Source: an uncultured bacterium
GTDB lineage: Bacteria > Verrucomicrobiota > Verrucomicrobiia > Verrucomicrobiales > DEV007
Length of the DNA: 64,000 nucleotides
Assembly: GCA_963977015.1 (NCBI GenBank)
Contig: CAXBMO010000030.1
Location: 16,387 to 80,386 of the forward strand
Direction: 5' to 3'
Part shown: in pieces, positions 1-9,845 of the stretch
Numbering within the stretch: the stretch's first letter is position 1
How the letters are laid out: every line of letters starts with the position of its first letter
Notes under the pieces: generated by a model
Database searches by the model: none
The model's input: the letters and a program-made list of their open reading frames with translations, nothing else
What the model was told of the DNA's origin: nothing
Translations under genes and position numbers: made by a program

Positions 1-66
1 ATTTCAGACCGCGAATCCGGCAGCTCGCTCGTCCGGCAATGGAAGTAAGGAAGTAAAACCCGTTCG

Positions 67-786
67 TTAGGAGGCGACAGCCTTTTCCGTTTCCTCGTCG
101 GATTCAGGAGCATCTTCGTCCTGAGCCTCGAATTCTTGTTCCTCTCCTTCGTGGTGATCATCATCGTGATGCTCTTCGTCATCATCGTCGTGAAAATCAT
201 CTTCATCCACGTAGTCATCGGGAATCTCGACGCGGAACTTGCGCTCGCGCTGACCTTCGGGAAGCGGAGACATCATCATGATGATCTGGCGTCCACTGAG
301 CTTGGGGTCGATATCGACCTTGGCCATGGTCTTGAGATCTTCTTCGATTCGCTTCATTAAGACGAAACCCAGATCGCGGTGTGCGTTCTCCCGGCCTCGG
401 AACTGAAGCTGAATGCGCAGTTTGTCGCCATGATCGAGGAAATCCTCCGCACGCGTCATCTTGATCCCGTAATCGTGATCGCCGATGTTGATGCGAAACT
501 TAACTTCCTTCGTCTTGTTCTTCGTCTTTGGCGCAGCTTTTTGCTGCTTGGAGAGATCGTATTTGTACTTGCCGTAATCGACAATTTTACAAACCGGAGG
601 GTCCGCGTTGGGCGCGATTTCCACAAGGTCAAGTCCGAGAGCTTTGGCTTTGCCCAAGGCTTCCCGGGTGGGGAGGACCATGTTGATCGTCTCGTAGACC
701 ACTCGCACTTTCGGTGCGCGAATGCGTTCATTCAGCCGAGTCATGTCGCGGCGTGGTCTGTTGAATTTACGTCTTTTCTTAGCGAT
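67..786 (-). CDS. infC: Translation initiation factor IF-3 with an acidic, His-rich C-terminal tail; probable ATC start at 786 (first ATG at 744)
   Basis: IF3 motifs LNERIRAPKVRV, LDLVEIAPNADPPVCKIVDYGKYKY, KEVKFR, FRGRE; downstream of thrS; frame stays open upstream to ATC GCT AAG AAA (IAKKRRKFNRPRRD-M). Confidence 0.96.
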   Translation of the reverse strand: MAKKRRKFNRPRRDMTRLNERIRAPKVRVVYETINMVLPTREALGKAKALGLDLVEIAPNADPPVCKIVDYGKYKYDLSKQQKAAPKTKNKTKEVKFRINIGDHDYGIKMTRAEDFLDHGDKLRIQLQFRGRENAHRDLGFVLMKRIEEDLKTMAKVDIDPKLSGRQIIMMMSPLPEGQRERKFRVEIPDDYVDEDDFHDDDDEEHHDDDHHEGEEQEFEAQDEDAPESDEETEKAVAS

Positions 787-859
787 AGGAGTTATGGGTT
801 GGAGTTCAGTGTTAGTGTCATAGACGAAAGTAAGTCAGCGGGGTGCACCAATTAAGCAA

Positions 860-1119
860 TGAGTGCGTGCGTTTCCATGATTCGAGGAAAGTTCCCTGCT
901 GTTCCCTTGATGAAGGGAGCGGAAATGTCACCCTGGATCCGATTAGCCATGGATTACGCCCCGAGCACGACCGCGAGGAGAGCTTTGCGGCTTAGGCTGG
1001 AGGAGGTCGGTGATGTGTTTTTCCGAGAGGTCATCAAAAAATCTTCGGATCCCAACCAAGGCTCTGTGCGCTCGTGGCCTGGAGAAAAAGCCTTTCAGCC
1101 TCTCACTCCTGGGTTCCTA
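860..1119 (-). ncRNA. Candidate structured 5' leader RNA of infC
   Basis: Several stems with G-U pairs that form only on the minus strand, a GAAA-tetraloop hairpin (about 1078-1112), and crossing long-range helices 1068-1078/958-968 and 1045-1052/935-942. Confidence 0.4.
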
Positions 1120-1125
1120 GCATCA

Positions 1126-1154
1126 TATATACGGAGTTTTCGGTTTTTGGGCAA
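1126..1154 (-). promoter_or_regulatory. Sigma70-type promoter for the infC leader
   Basis: TTGCCC (1154-1149), 17-nt spacer, TATATA (1131-1126) on the minus strand. Confidence 0.6.
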
Positions 1155-1250
1155 GGCGAAACTTACGGGCAATTTCTCCGTTGGGCCGGAATTTGAGCCA
1201 AAATGCCGGAAACCGGGTTGGATCTGGTGATTTTGTCAGAATTCGGGGAC

Positions 1251-3152
1251 TTAAATCGCCCGTTCCTGGATCTCCGCGACGACTTTCTCGACGAACGCAT
1301 CCACCGAGAGTTGGCCTTCGTCCCCGCGATTGCGGTGGCGGACGGAAACCTCGCCCGCTTCCTGTTCCTTGGCGCCCGCGACGAGCATGTAGGGAACCTT
1401 GGCGAGTTGGGCGAGACGGATTTTCGCACCGACCTTCTCGCTCGTCGTATCGAGATTCACACGAACTCTGGCCGCCTTCAGCTTCGCCTCGATTTCCGCG
1501 GCGTAGTCGTTGAACTTCTCGCTGATCGGCAGAATCCGCACCTGTTCCGGCGCGAGCCACGTTGGGAAGTGCCCTGCAAAATGCTCGATGAGAACGCCGA
1601 CAAAGCGTTCCATGCTGCCAAACGGCGCCCGGTGAATCATGACCGGGCGATGCTTCTCGTTGTCCGCACCGATGTAGCTCAAATCGAAGCGTTCCGGCAG
1701 ATTGTAGTCGACCTGAACCGTGCCGAGTTGCCATTCGCGGCCAATCACGTCTTTCACCACGAAATCGATCTTTGGCCCGTAAAACGCGGCTTCTCCCGGT
1801 TCTTCCGTGAACGGTTTGCCGAGCGATTCCGCCGCTTTGCGCAAGGCATCCTCCGCCTTGTCCCAATTCGCGGGATCGCCGACGTATTTGTCGCTCTCCG
1901 GATCGCGGAGGCTGACGCGAACGCGGTAGTCGTCCATCTTCAGGGTTCCGAGGACGATTTTCACCAGTTCCAGACAACCCTGAATCTCTTCATCGAGCTG
2001 TTCCGGCGTCACGAAAAGGTGCGCGTCATCCTGCGTGAAGCAGCGCACCCGCGTCATTCCGCCCAGCTCACCGGACTGTTCCCAGCGATAGACCGTGCCG
2101 AATTCCGCCAGCCGAACCGGCAAATCGCGATACGAATGCGGGCTCGCGTCGAAAATCCGAATGTGATGCGGGCAGTTCATCGGCTTGAGCAAAAAACCGT
2201 CGGCATCACCGGTTTTGAGCGCATTCTGCAGCTCGGCGCAGGAGCACCCGTCGTCGGCCAGTTTGTTCAGCGCGTCGCGTTCCACCACCGGCACAAATTG
2301 CGAGTCCTCGTAATACGGGAAATGCCCGGACGTGCGATACAAATCCAGCTTGCCGATGTGCGGGGTGAAAACCTGGGAATAGCCTTGGCGTTCCAATTCC
2401 TCGCCAATGAAATTCTGCAATTCCTGGCGGACAATCGCGCCGTTCGGCAACCAAAGCACGAGGCCCTGACCGACCTGATCGTCGATCTTGAACAGCTCCA
2501 GTTCCTTGCCGAGTTTGCGGTGGTCGCGCAATTTCGCCTCTTCGACCCGCTCCAAATGCTCCGTCAGCAGCGTCTTGTTCTTGAACGACGTTCCGTAAAC
2601 CCGCTGAAGCTGCGGATTGCTCGCGTCGCCCTTATAAAAGGCGCTCGCCACGCTCTGGATCTTGAACGCTTTGCAGTTTCCCGTCCGGCCCACGTGGGGA
2701 CCGGCGCACAAATCCCAGAAATCGCCATTTTTGTAGATCGAGATCGCTTCGCCCTCGGGAATGTCCTCCAACAGGTCGATTTTGAACTGCGAAGGCACGT
2801 CGCGCTCCGTCAGTCCGCCCAAACGACCGCTTTTCGCCAGTTCCAGCGCTTCCTCACGGCTCACTTCCATCCGCTCGAACGTCTGGTTTTCCTTCACGAT
2901 CTTCTTCATCTCCGCCTCGATTTTTTCGAAGTCGTCGGGCGTGATCCGATGCTTCAGATCCACATCGTAGTAGAATCCGTAAACCTCGTGATCGATCGGC
3001 GGTCCGTAGGCGAACTGCGCATCGGGCCAGATCTTCAAAATCGCGGTCGCCATCACGTGCGCGGTCGAGTGGCGCAACCGCTCGAGGTCTGACATTTGGT
3101 GGCGCTCTTCGAGCGTCTTGCGTTCTGAAGGTTGGGATTCCGTTTTGGACAT
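1251..3152 (-). CDS. thrS: Threonine--tRNA ligase
   Basis: RHSTAH, DLCAGPH, RDHRKLGKEL, LKPMNCPHH, GEAAFYGPKIDF, IHRAPFGSMERF and a C-terminal anticodon-binding domain. Confidence 0.98.
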   Translation of the reverse strand: MSKTESQPSERKTLEERHQMSDLERLRHSTAHVMATAILKIWPDAQFAYGPPIDHEVYGFYYDVDLKHRITPDDFEKIEAEMKKIVKENQTFERMEVSREEALELAKSGRLGGLTERDVPSQFKIDLLEDIPEGEAISIYKNGDFWDLCAGPHVGRTGNCKAFKIQSVASAFYKGDASNPQLQRVYGTSFKNKTLLTEHLERVEEAKLRDHRKLGKELELFKIDDQVGQGLVLWLPNGAIVRQELQNFIGEELERQGYSQVFTPHIGKLDLYRTSGHFPYYEDSQFVPVVERDALNKLADDGCSCAELQNALKTGDADGFLLKPMNCPHHIRIFDASPHSYRDLPVRLAEFGTVYRWEQSGELGGMTRVRCFTQDDAHLFVTPEQLDEEIQGCLELVKIVLGTLKMDDYRVRVSLRDPESDKYVGDPANWDKAEDALRKAAESLGKPFTEEPGEAAFYGPKIDFVVKDVIGREWQLGTVQVDYNLPERFDLSYIGADNEKHRPVMIHRAPFGSMERFVGVLIEHFAGHFPTWLAPEQVRILPISEKFNDYAAEIEAKLKAARVRVNLDTTSEKVGAKIRLAQLAKVPYMLVAGAKEQEAGEVSVRHRNRGDEGQLSVDAFVEKVVAEIQERAI

Positions 3153-3254
3153 AATCTGGACTCACAGTGTTACCTCAATGCGCCAAAATGACAACCGACG
3201 AACGCACCGAGACGCGGTGGTGGGCGATGAAAACGTCCCTTCCCGGATTTTGGC

Positions 3255-3448
3255 GATCTTCGTGCGGAAAATCGAGACCTAGCCAATCCAGTCCGGAATC
3301 GGCTTGATCCCGGAATCGACGAGGTAGTGGGGGCGCCCGCGCGCGTCCTCAATCGTGGTCCGAACCGGATCGATGCCGATACAACGATAGAGGGTGGCGA
3401 AGACCTCCTGAAACTTGACGGGGCGCTGTGTGGGGGGGCATGCCTGTC
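3255..3448 (-). pseudogene. Isolated 3'-end remnant of a DUF1501 gene (copy 1)
   Basis: 3279-3422 aligns ungapped to 15915-16058 with about 12 mismatches in 144 nt (manual count); encodes PVKFQEVFATLYRCIGIDPVRTTIEDARGRPHYLVDSGIKPIPDWIG*; no start or upstream part. Confidence 0.9.
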
Positions 3449-3602
3449 TTCTTCGACCGATTCCTGATGTTCAGTTAGGAGCGTTTTACGGTTTCAAGTT
3501 TGGGAGGCGGCGCCAACCGGCGAACTTTTCGTGAGGTATTTCGTTACCAGATTTATCGACTTGGTCTTGTAACTGTGTAATCAAACACGCTAGCCTCAAA
3601 TC

Positions 3603-5495
3603 GTGGCACGGAACCAACTCTTCACTTCTCAAATTCGGCTCCCTATCTTCATCGGCATCGCGGCCTTGTCACTTGCCGGGATACTCGCACAACTCGAGCA
3701 TATTCGTGGATTTGACTGGCGCCTCTACGATTACGCGCTAAGCCAACGCCAGCCTACGGTTTTCGAGAACGTCGTCCTCGTTGGGGTGACCAACAGCGAT
3801 GTTTCGTGGCTCGACCAGCCTTTCCCGTGGTCGCGCGATCAACAATCGGTCATCTTCGAGAAAATCGCGAGTCAAAAACCCCGAGCGGTAGCTGTCGATT
3901 TTCTCTACACCGAACCATCGTCCGCGGAAAACGACCTTCGACTTGGGCGAGAACTGGCAGCTTGTGGTAAGCTGGCCGGGGCTTTTTATTTTGATACGGG
4001 GCCGCCTCCTGGCCCTGCCGAAACAGAGTTGCTAAAGGCAAGTGGCAATTTGCTTGGTGCTAATCTTGTAGACTCACGCTGGCCGAGGCCGCCCCATCAG
4101 CCCAAGCTCCCGGTTGCAAATGTGGCTGCTGGAATGACGCGGGTAGGGCACGCCATCACACTGCCGGATCCCGACGGCATCACCCGCCGGATTCCATTGT
4201 TGGCGAGCGACGGACAACGGCTTTATCCGGCGCTTGCGCTGCAAGGCGTGTTGCTGCATTGGGGCGCAGATTGGTCCCAAATCCGGGCGACTCCGCGGGA
4301 AATCACGATCGTTGGATTGCCTGGACAAAACTCGATTCGAATTCCCCTCGATGGAAAGGGCAACTTTCTCGCTCCGTTCCCGGTTCGAACCGACGAACGG
4401 TTTGTCGGGGTGAGTGTTCAGCAGTTGATGACACTTGAAGATGAGCTTCCCGAAATGGATGACAAGCTTGTTTTTGTTGGATCGCTCTTGACGGGGCATG
4501 GCGACATTTATCCCACGCCGGTCGAACCTGCGACCGCAGGGTTGATGATTAACGCGGCGGTTGCGGGCTTGATTTTGCAGGAGGAATTCGTCACACCGGC
4601 ACGATGGTGGATGGAAGCGTTATTGGCGGCAGTCGCCCTTCTATTTATTTGCGGGTTAGTTGCTCTAAAGCGACCTATCCTTTCGTTGTTGCTGAGCCTG
4701 ATCCTTCTTGCCGGGATCGTTGGACTTTCGATTTGGCTCCTCATTGATTTGGGCCGGTGGATTCCGCCGTCCTTTCCCGTGCTGGCCGGGGCTTTGGGAG
4801 CGTTTGCGCTCACCATTCAGAGTTTCGTTGCCGTCGAGACGCAGCGGAAGAACACGTTCGAGCTGCTTTCGCGGTTCTTGAGTCCCGCATTAGCTGCTAA
4901 GCTGGCCAAGGACCCCAACGCCATGAATCGGAAACCGGTGCGCAAAGAGTTGAGCGTGTTTTTCTCCGACATTGTGGATTACACCAATACTTCCGAGCGA
5001 CTCGAACCGGAGGACCTGTTCTCAGTGCTGGACCAATACTACAACGCGATGACCGAAGTGGCTTACCGGCACCACGGCACGGTCAACAAATACCTGGGCG
5101 ATGGCATGATGGTGTTCTTCAACGATCCCGTAGCACAGGAAGATCATGCGTTACTAGCCGTTCGCATGGCGGTCGATATGCAACGCGCGTTGAGCGAGCT
5201 GAATCGCCGGTTGGAAGAACAGGGCTTGCCGTCTCTACAGGCTCGCATGGGGGTTTGCACTGGCTATGCGACGGTTGGCAACGTGGGTTCCGGCGGTTTT
5301 GTGGATTATACCGCGATCGGGCCGACGGTAAATCTCGCGGCACGTGTCATGAATCTGGCTGGAGGTGGCGAGATCTACCTCTCCGAAAAGACATTGCTCG
5401 GAATTCAACCGGGCGAGTTTGACTTTGAAGATTTGGGACCCAAACCGGTCAAGGGATTCTCTGAGCCAGTCCGGGTTTACCGAGCAGACACGTAA
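3603..5495 (+). CDS. CHASE2-domain class III adenylate/guanylate cyclase
   Basis: N-terminal TM, CHASE2 motifs (PFPWSR, AVAVDFLY, DPDGITRRIPL), three TMs, cyclase motifs FFSDIVDYT, KYLGDGMM, DYTAIGPTVNLAAR. Confidence 0.92.
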   Translation: MARNQLFTSQIRLPIFIGIAALSLAGILAQLEHIRGFDWRLYDYALSQRQPTVFENVVLVGVTNSDVSWLDQPFPWSRDQQSVIFEKIASQKPRAVAVDFLYTEPSSAENDLRLGRELAACGKLAGAFYFDTGPPPGPAETELLKASGNLLGANLVDSRWPRPPHQPKLPVANVAAGMTRVGHAITLPDPDGITRRIPLLASDGQRLYPALALQGVLLHWGADWSQIRATPREITIVGLPGQNSIRIPLDGKGNFLAPFPVRTDERFVGVSVQQLMTLEDELPEMDDKLVFVGSLLTGHGDIYPTPVEPATAGLMINAAVAGLILQEEFVTPARWWMEALLAAVALLFICGLVALKRPILSLLLSLILLAGIVGLSIWLLIDLGRWIPPSFPVLAGALGAFALTIQSFVAVETQRKNTFELLSRFLSPALAAKLAKDPNAMNRKPVRKELSVFFSDIVDYTNTSERLEPEDLFSVLDQYYNAMTEVAYRHHGTVNKYLGDGMMVFFNDPVAQEDHALLAVRMAVDMQRALSELNRRLEEQGLPSLQARMGVCTGYATVGNVGSGGFVDYTAIGPTVNLAARVMNLAGGGEIYLSEKTLLGIQPGEFDFEDLGPKPVKGFSEPVRVYRADT

Positions 5496-5524
5496 AAAAG
5501 AACCTCTAACCATTAACCCTCACC

Positions 5525-6358
5525 ATGAAGTTTAGCTGCCCTGAATGTGAAACCAAAATAGAGGCAGGACCAGAGTGGTTCGGCCTGGATACACAGTGCC
5601 CTCATTGCCAACATCCCATTCACATTCCCAAACCTGTTTCATCGGGGCCCCAGAAACGTCATTCAAAGCCGCAGAAAACGGCGAAGAAGATTCCCGTGGG
5701 TGCTGTCGTCGGCATCTTTCTGGTGATTGGAGTTCTCATTCTGGTTCCCGTGACCATGCACTATCTGGATAACAAGGAGACGCCCCAACGGCCAAGTCGA
5801 ACGTATTCAGATTCGAGCGCGGCCGCTAAAGCAGCTGCACCCCAAAATGAGGTAGTAGAGGCACTTCCGGACCCGGAAGAGGAAGGGCCAAAAGTGTTGC
5901 GGGACCAGAATTCGAAGGGCTATATAAGTCTTGGCTCTTTAAAGAGTCGGCTTGAACTGGAAAATCACGTATTGCTGGATGTGTGTGGCGTTTATATCCA
6001 TGAGTTTGGGGATTTTTCTACGAGCGCGGTTTTCCAAAAAGATCGAAAGCCCGGTCACAAATTGGTAAAGGTGAGTATTGGTTTAGACTTTTCGGATGAC
6101 CCGTTTACGATTCACACCAAGAACGATACGTTCGTCCTGGCCAATGAGAAGACCACGGAATTCTACCCAGTGTGGGGAGTGTTTGATGCCTTTGGGGGGA
6201 GCGTTAGCCGAGGCAACATCACGGGGAAACTAACCACCAGTGGCGGAAGTAAGGCGGCACCTCATACAAAGATCATCAATCTCTACGAGATCCCCAGTAA
6301 TCTTGACCCAGGCAGATTGAGCCTTTGGTTCGATCCGGAATCCCAGAACGTAGATTGA
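5525..6358 (+). CDS. Zinc-ribbon, single-TM membrane protein
   Basis: N-terminal CPEC...CPHC, then a hydrophobic TM and a soluble domain; co-oriented in an operon. Confidence 0.75.
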   Translation: MKFSCPECETKIEAGPEWFGLDTQCPHCQHPIHIPKPVSSGPQKRHSKPQKTAKKIPVGAVVGIFLVIGVLILVPVTMHYLDNKETPQRPSRTYSDSSAAAKAAAPQNEVVEALPDPEEEGPKVLRDQNSKGYISLGSLKSRLELENHVLLDVCGVYIHEFGDFSTSAVFQKDRKPGHKLVKVSIGLDFSDDPFTIHTKNDTFVLANEKTTEFYPVWGVFDAFGGSVSRGNITGKLTTSGGSKAAPHTKIINLYEIPSNLDPGRLSLWFDPESQNVD

Positions 6359-6418
6359 CTTCCGAACGAGGGCAATGCGGCTTGATGCGCGAACGAAAGG
6401 TCCGATAGTGGATCGCGA

Positions 6419-8203
6419 ATGAGTTCCGCGAAAACCTGGGCTTGGCCGTCACCCACTCCGGAAGAACTGGATGCGCAAATCGACGCCTTCAAGGTTCATC
6501 GCCGTTTGGGACGCGGTGGGATGGGGGCTGTTTACCTGGCTACGCAGCTCAATTTAGAGCGCGAAGTCGCCATCAAACTGTTGCCCGAGCAACTCGCTGT
6601 CGATCCCGAGTTTGAGGCCCGTTTTAACCGCGAAGCTCGGCTCATGGCGAAGCTGGCCCACCCCAACATCGTCCCGGTGTTCGATTTTGGTGAGACTAAC
6701 GCCGGACACCGTTTTTACGTCATGGAGTATGTGCCGGGAGGGCATCTCGGAGAAGAAATGCGCGATGAAGGATTGCCAGTCGAGCGGGCTTTCAGCGTTT
6801 TTGGTCAAGTTTGCGCGGGGATGAAGCACGCCCACGATAAAGGATTGATTCATCGCGACCTCAAACCCGCCAATATCTTGCTTGGCGAAACCGGGTTCGT
6901 GAAAATCGGGGATTTTGGTCTGGCGAAGATGGTAGTCTCCACCGATTCTCGAGTCACGGAACAACTGGGATTGACCAACAGCCGCGCAGCCATGGGCACG
7001 CCAGACTATGCGGCCCCGGAACAGCTCAACGCGGAGCCTGTCGATCATCGCGCGGATCTCTACAGCCTGGGGGTTTTGCTCTACGAAATGCTGACCGGTT
7101 CCTTGCCGCGAGGCTCCTTTTCAGCGACTTCGTCGCGGAATCCGGATTGTCCACAATTCCTGGATGCGGTGATTGAGCGTGCCCTTCAACCGGAGCCTGG
7201 GGAGCGTTTTCAATCCGTCGAAGAGCTGCTTCAGGCCGTTCTTCCCGGTCAGCAGCTCCGCGCTAACTCCGTCTCAGTTCATCACGAAGCTCTGCCGTTT
7301 CCACCTTGCCCAGAACAACCGCTTTGCCGCATCGCCGTGATACCGGCTTCGCGAGATTCAGATTCCCTTCCGCCTTTTCAATGGTTCTCAGAAGTCGAGC
7401 AGAGTAACCACGGTGATCTTATCCAGATCGCCAGCCCTTCCGCGGGAAGCCACAAGCACCTGGTTGCCTTGAAAGGGACCGGCCGGGTTTGCTTTTTTGG
7501 AGGCGAGCCGGAGGAAGGCGAACTAATCAATCACGAAGAAAACGCCGCCTACGTCATCGCCAATCCGCCCCTCAAATTAACGAGTGAAGGACACTTGGTT
7601 GGAGGTGGTGCACCAGCTGGCGAGTTCAGTCAATTGCGGTGCGCTGACGGATTTGCCCTCGCGCTCCGCCGGGATGGCCAGGTCGTTGGGATCGGGCCCA
7701 AACTTAGCCGGCTCAACCAGGAGCCTCACGCTTTCGCCCTTCAGTCCGTCGTCCAAATTGAAGCATCGCGGACAGGTCATGCCGCTGCGTTGCACCATGA
7801 CGGCACGATTTCTGAGATTTTGACATCCGGGAGCACCTGCGAAGTTCGCCGAGATCAAACCCGCCATTACCAACGGCTCATTAGCGAAGGATTCGCCATC
7901 TGCACGGATGGCAGCCTGGCAACAATCGATCCGGAAAACCCGGAGTATGCCGACTTAAGCGAATCGCTTTCCGGGCTGCAACCCGAAACGATTGTTTCGA
8001 TCGAGCAGCGTCCGGCCTGGGCTTTGGTGCGACTTTCGGATGGGCAATGGCGGGTTTTGGCACGAGACCGGAGCACCGGCGGGAAGTTGGCGGAGATCGA
8101 TTCCGAATTCGCAGACGCATTGCGTGGAGCCGTTTCCGTATTCGGCTTGAGTGCCGGGCACGTCGTTCGCTTGGACTACTGCGTCGCTCTGTTTCCTGTC
8201 TGA
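6419..8203 (+). CDS. Hanks-type Ser/Thr protein kinase with a C-terminal RCC1-like propeller; no TM evident
   Basis: LGRGGMGAVY, VAIK, HRDLKPANILL, DFGLAK, GTPDYAAPE; C-terminal ALALRRDGQVV / AAALHHDGTI repeats. Confidence 0.93.
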   Translation: MSSAKTWAWPSPTPEELDAQIDAFKVHRRLGRGGMGAVYLATQLNLEREVAIKLLPEQLAVDPEFEARFNREARLMAKLAHPNIVPVFDFGETNAGHRFYVMEYVPGGHLGEEMRDEGLPVERAFSVFGQVCAGMKHAHDKGLIHRDLKPANILLGETGFVKIGDFGLAKMVVSTDSRVTEQLGLTNSRAAMGTPDYAAPEQLNAEPVDHRADLYSLGVLLYEMLTGSLPRGSFSATSSRNPDCPQFLDAVIERALQPEPGERFQSVEELLQAVLPGQQLRANSVSVHHEALPFPPCPEQPLCRIAVIPASRDSDSLPPFQWFSEVEQSNHGDLIQIASPSAGSHKHLVALKGTGRVCFFGGEPEEGELINHEENAAYVIANPPLKLTSEGHLVGGGAPAGEFSQLRCADGFALALRRDGQVVGIGPKLSRLNQEPHAFALQSVVQIEASRTGHAAALHHDGTISEILTSGSTCEVRRDQTRHYQRLISEGFAICTDGSLATIDPENPEYADLSESLSGLQPETIVSIEQRPAWALVRLSDGQWRVLARDRSTGGKLAEIDSEFADALRGAVSVFGLSAGHVVRLDYCVALFPV

Positions 8204-8303
8204 ACTGGGTGCATCGGCGTTACCTTACTCACGTACCGGGTATTTCAGGTATAGAACCCCAAACAACACTTGCTTGGTTTCCGGGGGCCGAGCATCCTTC
8301 CTC

Positions 8304-9845
8304 ATGAATCATCGTTGGACTCAGGCAGTTACCGTCACCGTGTTGGTGGTCGTAGGCAGCATCCACTCACAGGAGCAAAAACCGCCTCCAAGTCTCCTCG
8401 TCTTCAGCTCCAAAGGGAAAGTCAATGTCGGTGAGCGCATCGTCCCCGCCGCCCAGCGCGACATGCGGAACTTCGAAGCGAAACTCCAAGCAAAAGAGGT
8501 GGTCAGCACGGGCGCGGATGGCCAGGTTCAGCTGGGTGTTTTCGGCGAGGCGAAGGTTCTGCTCGCTCCCAATACCGTCGTGCGCGTTCCCGAGCCGGCA
8601 GCGCGGGCGGAAGACGTGGCCGTGATGGAGATCGAAAAAGGCCGGGCGTTTCTGCGGGTTGAGAAGCGGCCCGAACGGGAGTTTCGGCTCAGAACCCCCA
8701 CGATGACGATCGCCGTGCGTGGGACCGAGTTTTTCGTGAACGTATCGCCAAAAGGGGAAGTGGTGGGCACGCACCAGGGCGCGGTCGAGGTCGGCTTGGA
8801 ATTCGGCGGAAATCGGCGATTGGTGAACGTGCCGGCTGGCAAGGCCGTTGTCGCCAATGGAGAGGATGCGCCCCAGTTGCGCAACCTAACGGCCGGAGAG
8901 CAAAATCTGGCACGGATCTATGCGATGCTGGATATTCCGGTTTTGCCGCGGCCAAGGATTGCCGGGGATTTGCGTTCCTGGGTTTTTGGCAATCGCCGAG
9001 GTTGGGATGCGAGTTTCGCGGTGCCTAGAGCCGCGAGTGAAAACATGGTTCAACTGAGCATGGAACCTCAAACCATCATCAATGAAGGCCGAGTGGCTGC
9101 GATGCGAGCCGATGGCAAGTTGTTCGTATTTCAGGAAAACGAACTGGAAACCCCTGAGAATCTCGAACCCATCTCGGAAGTCCAGCTTTATCCAAAAGGC
9201 GTCGCCGTTTTGACCGAGAGGGGAATCATCCACAGCTGGGGAGCCTTCCAAGGGACACTGGAAGGAATAACGGCTATTCAGGCAACCCGGGAAGCGGTTC
9301 TAGGGATTGCACGCGATGGTTCTGTCAGAGGTGTTACCGTGAAAGGTGCCGAATCTTTCCCCCAAATCGACCCTGCGGATGGATTTGGATTTGTTGAAGG
9401 TGAGAACGGGGAATTTTTACTGTTTCGCGGAAAGAAACTCGAGCTTGGGCGAATTGACCGTGGAGTCGTGAGAAGCGATGAATTTAGGGTGGGCCAGGAT
9501 TGGGTTGAAGTCCACCACGGCACGTTCGATGCATGTTGGATTGACCGCAACGGTATGATCTTTTCCCAGGATCTGGGCAAGCTTGGCGAGCGGGCGCGAA
9601 AGGTTGTTCTGGCCGAAAACACGATCTTATGGATGGATGCCGATTTGGAATGGCACAGCCCGAAGATGGACCGATTCGAAGAGGAACGAAGCACGTTTCG
9701 CAAACTGGTTTCCGGTGCAGTGGATCTGGCGTTCGGCGACAGCCGGTTTTATGCAATCATTCCACGTGACCGGGAGAAGGCGAAGGAACTCGTGGAGGAA
9801 GAGTGGAAACTGAAATTGCGTCGCCGCGAGAATGTAGGAGATTAG
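8304..9845 (+). CDS. Exported FecR-domain protein with a C-terminal RCC1-like propeller
   Basis: Signal-like N-terminus from ATG 8304; FecR motifs VSTGADG, LRTPTMTIAVRGTEFFV; AAMRADGKL / AVLTERG / LGIARDGSV repeats. Confidence 0.8.
   Translation: MNHRWTQAVTVTVLVVVGSIHSQEQKPPPSLLVFSSKGKVNVGERIVPAAQRDMRNFEAKLQAKEVVSTGADGQVQLGVFGEAKVLLAPNTVVRVPEPAARAEDVAVMEIEKGRAFLRVEKRPEREFRLRTPTMTIAVRGTEFFVNVSPKGEVVGTHQGAVEVGLEFGGNRRLVNVPAGKAVVANGEDAPQLRNLTAGEQNLARIYAMLDIPVLPRPRIAGDLRSWVFGNRRGWDASFAVPRAASENMVQLSMEPQTIINEGRVAAMRADGKLFVFQENELETPENLEPISEVQLYPKGVAVLTERGIIHSWGAFQGTLEGITAIQATREAVLGIARDGSVRGVTVKGAESFPQIDPADGFGFVEGENGEFLLFRGKKLELGRIDRGVVRSDEFRVGQDWVEVHHGTFDACWIDRNGMIFSQDLGKLGERARKVVLAENTILWMDADLEWHSPKMDRFEEERSTFRKLVSGAVDLAFGDSRFYAIIPRDREKAKELVEEEWKLKLRRRENVGD

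Noticed and set aside
884-935. GAGGAAAGTTC on the plus strand resembles the RNase P RNA conserved motif GAGGAAAGUCC
   Set aside because: The 3' conserved ACAGAA..CGGCUUA element and P4 pairing are absent; the promoter and G-U pairs favour the opposite strand
1203-3092. 629-aa plus-strand ORF
   Set aside because: Antisense shadow of thrS with no motifs; typical of GC-rich codon bias. The same applies to many other long antisense ORFs in the track
3153-3254. Possible T-box or other thrS leader
   Set aside because: Only about 100 nt are available before the DUF1501 remnant, and no T-box consensus or terminator is visible
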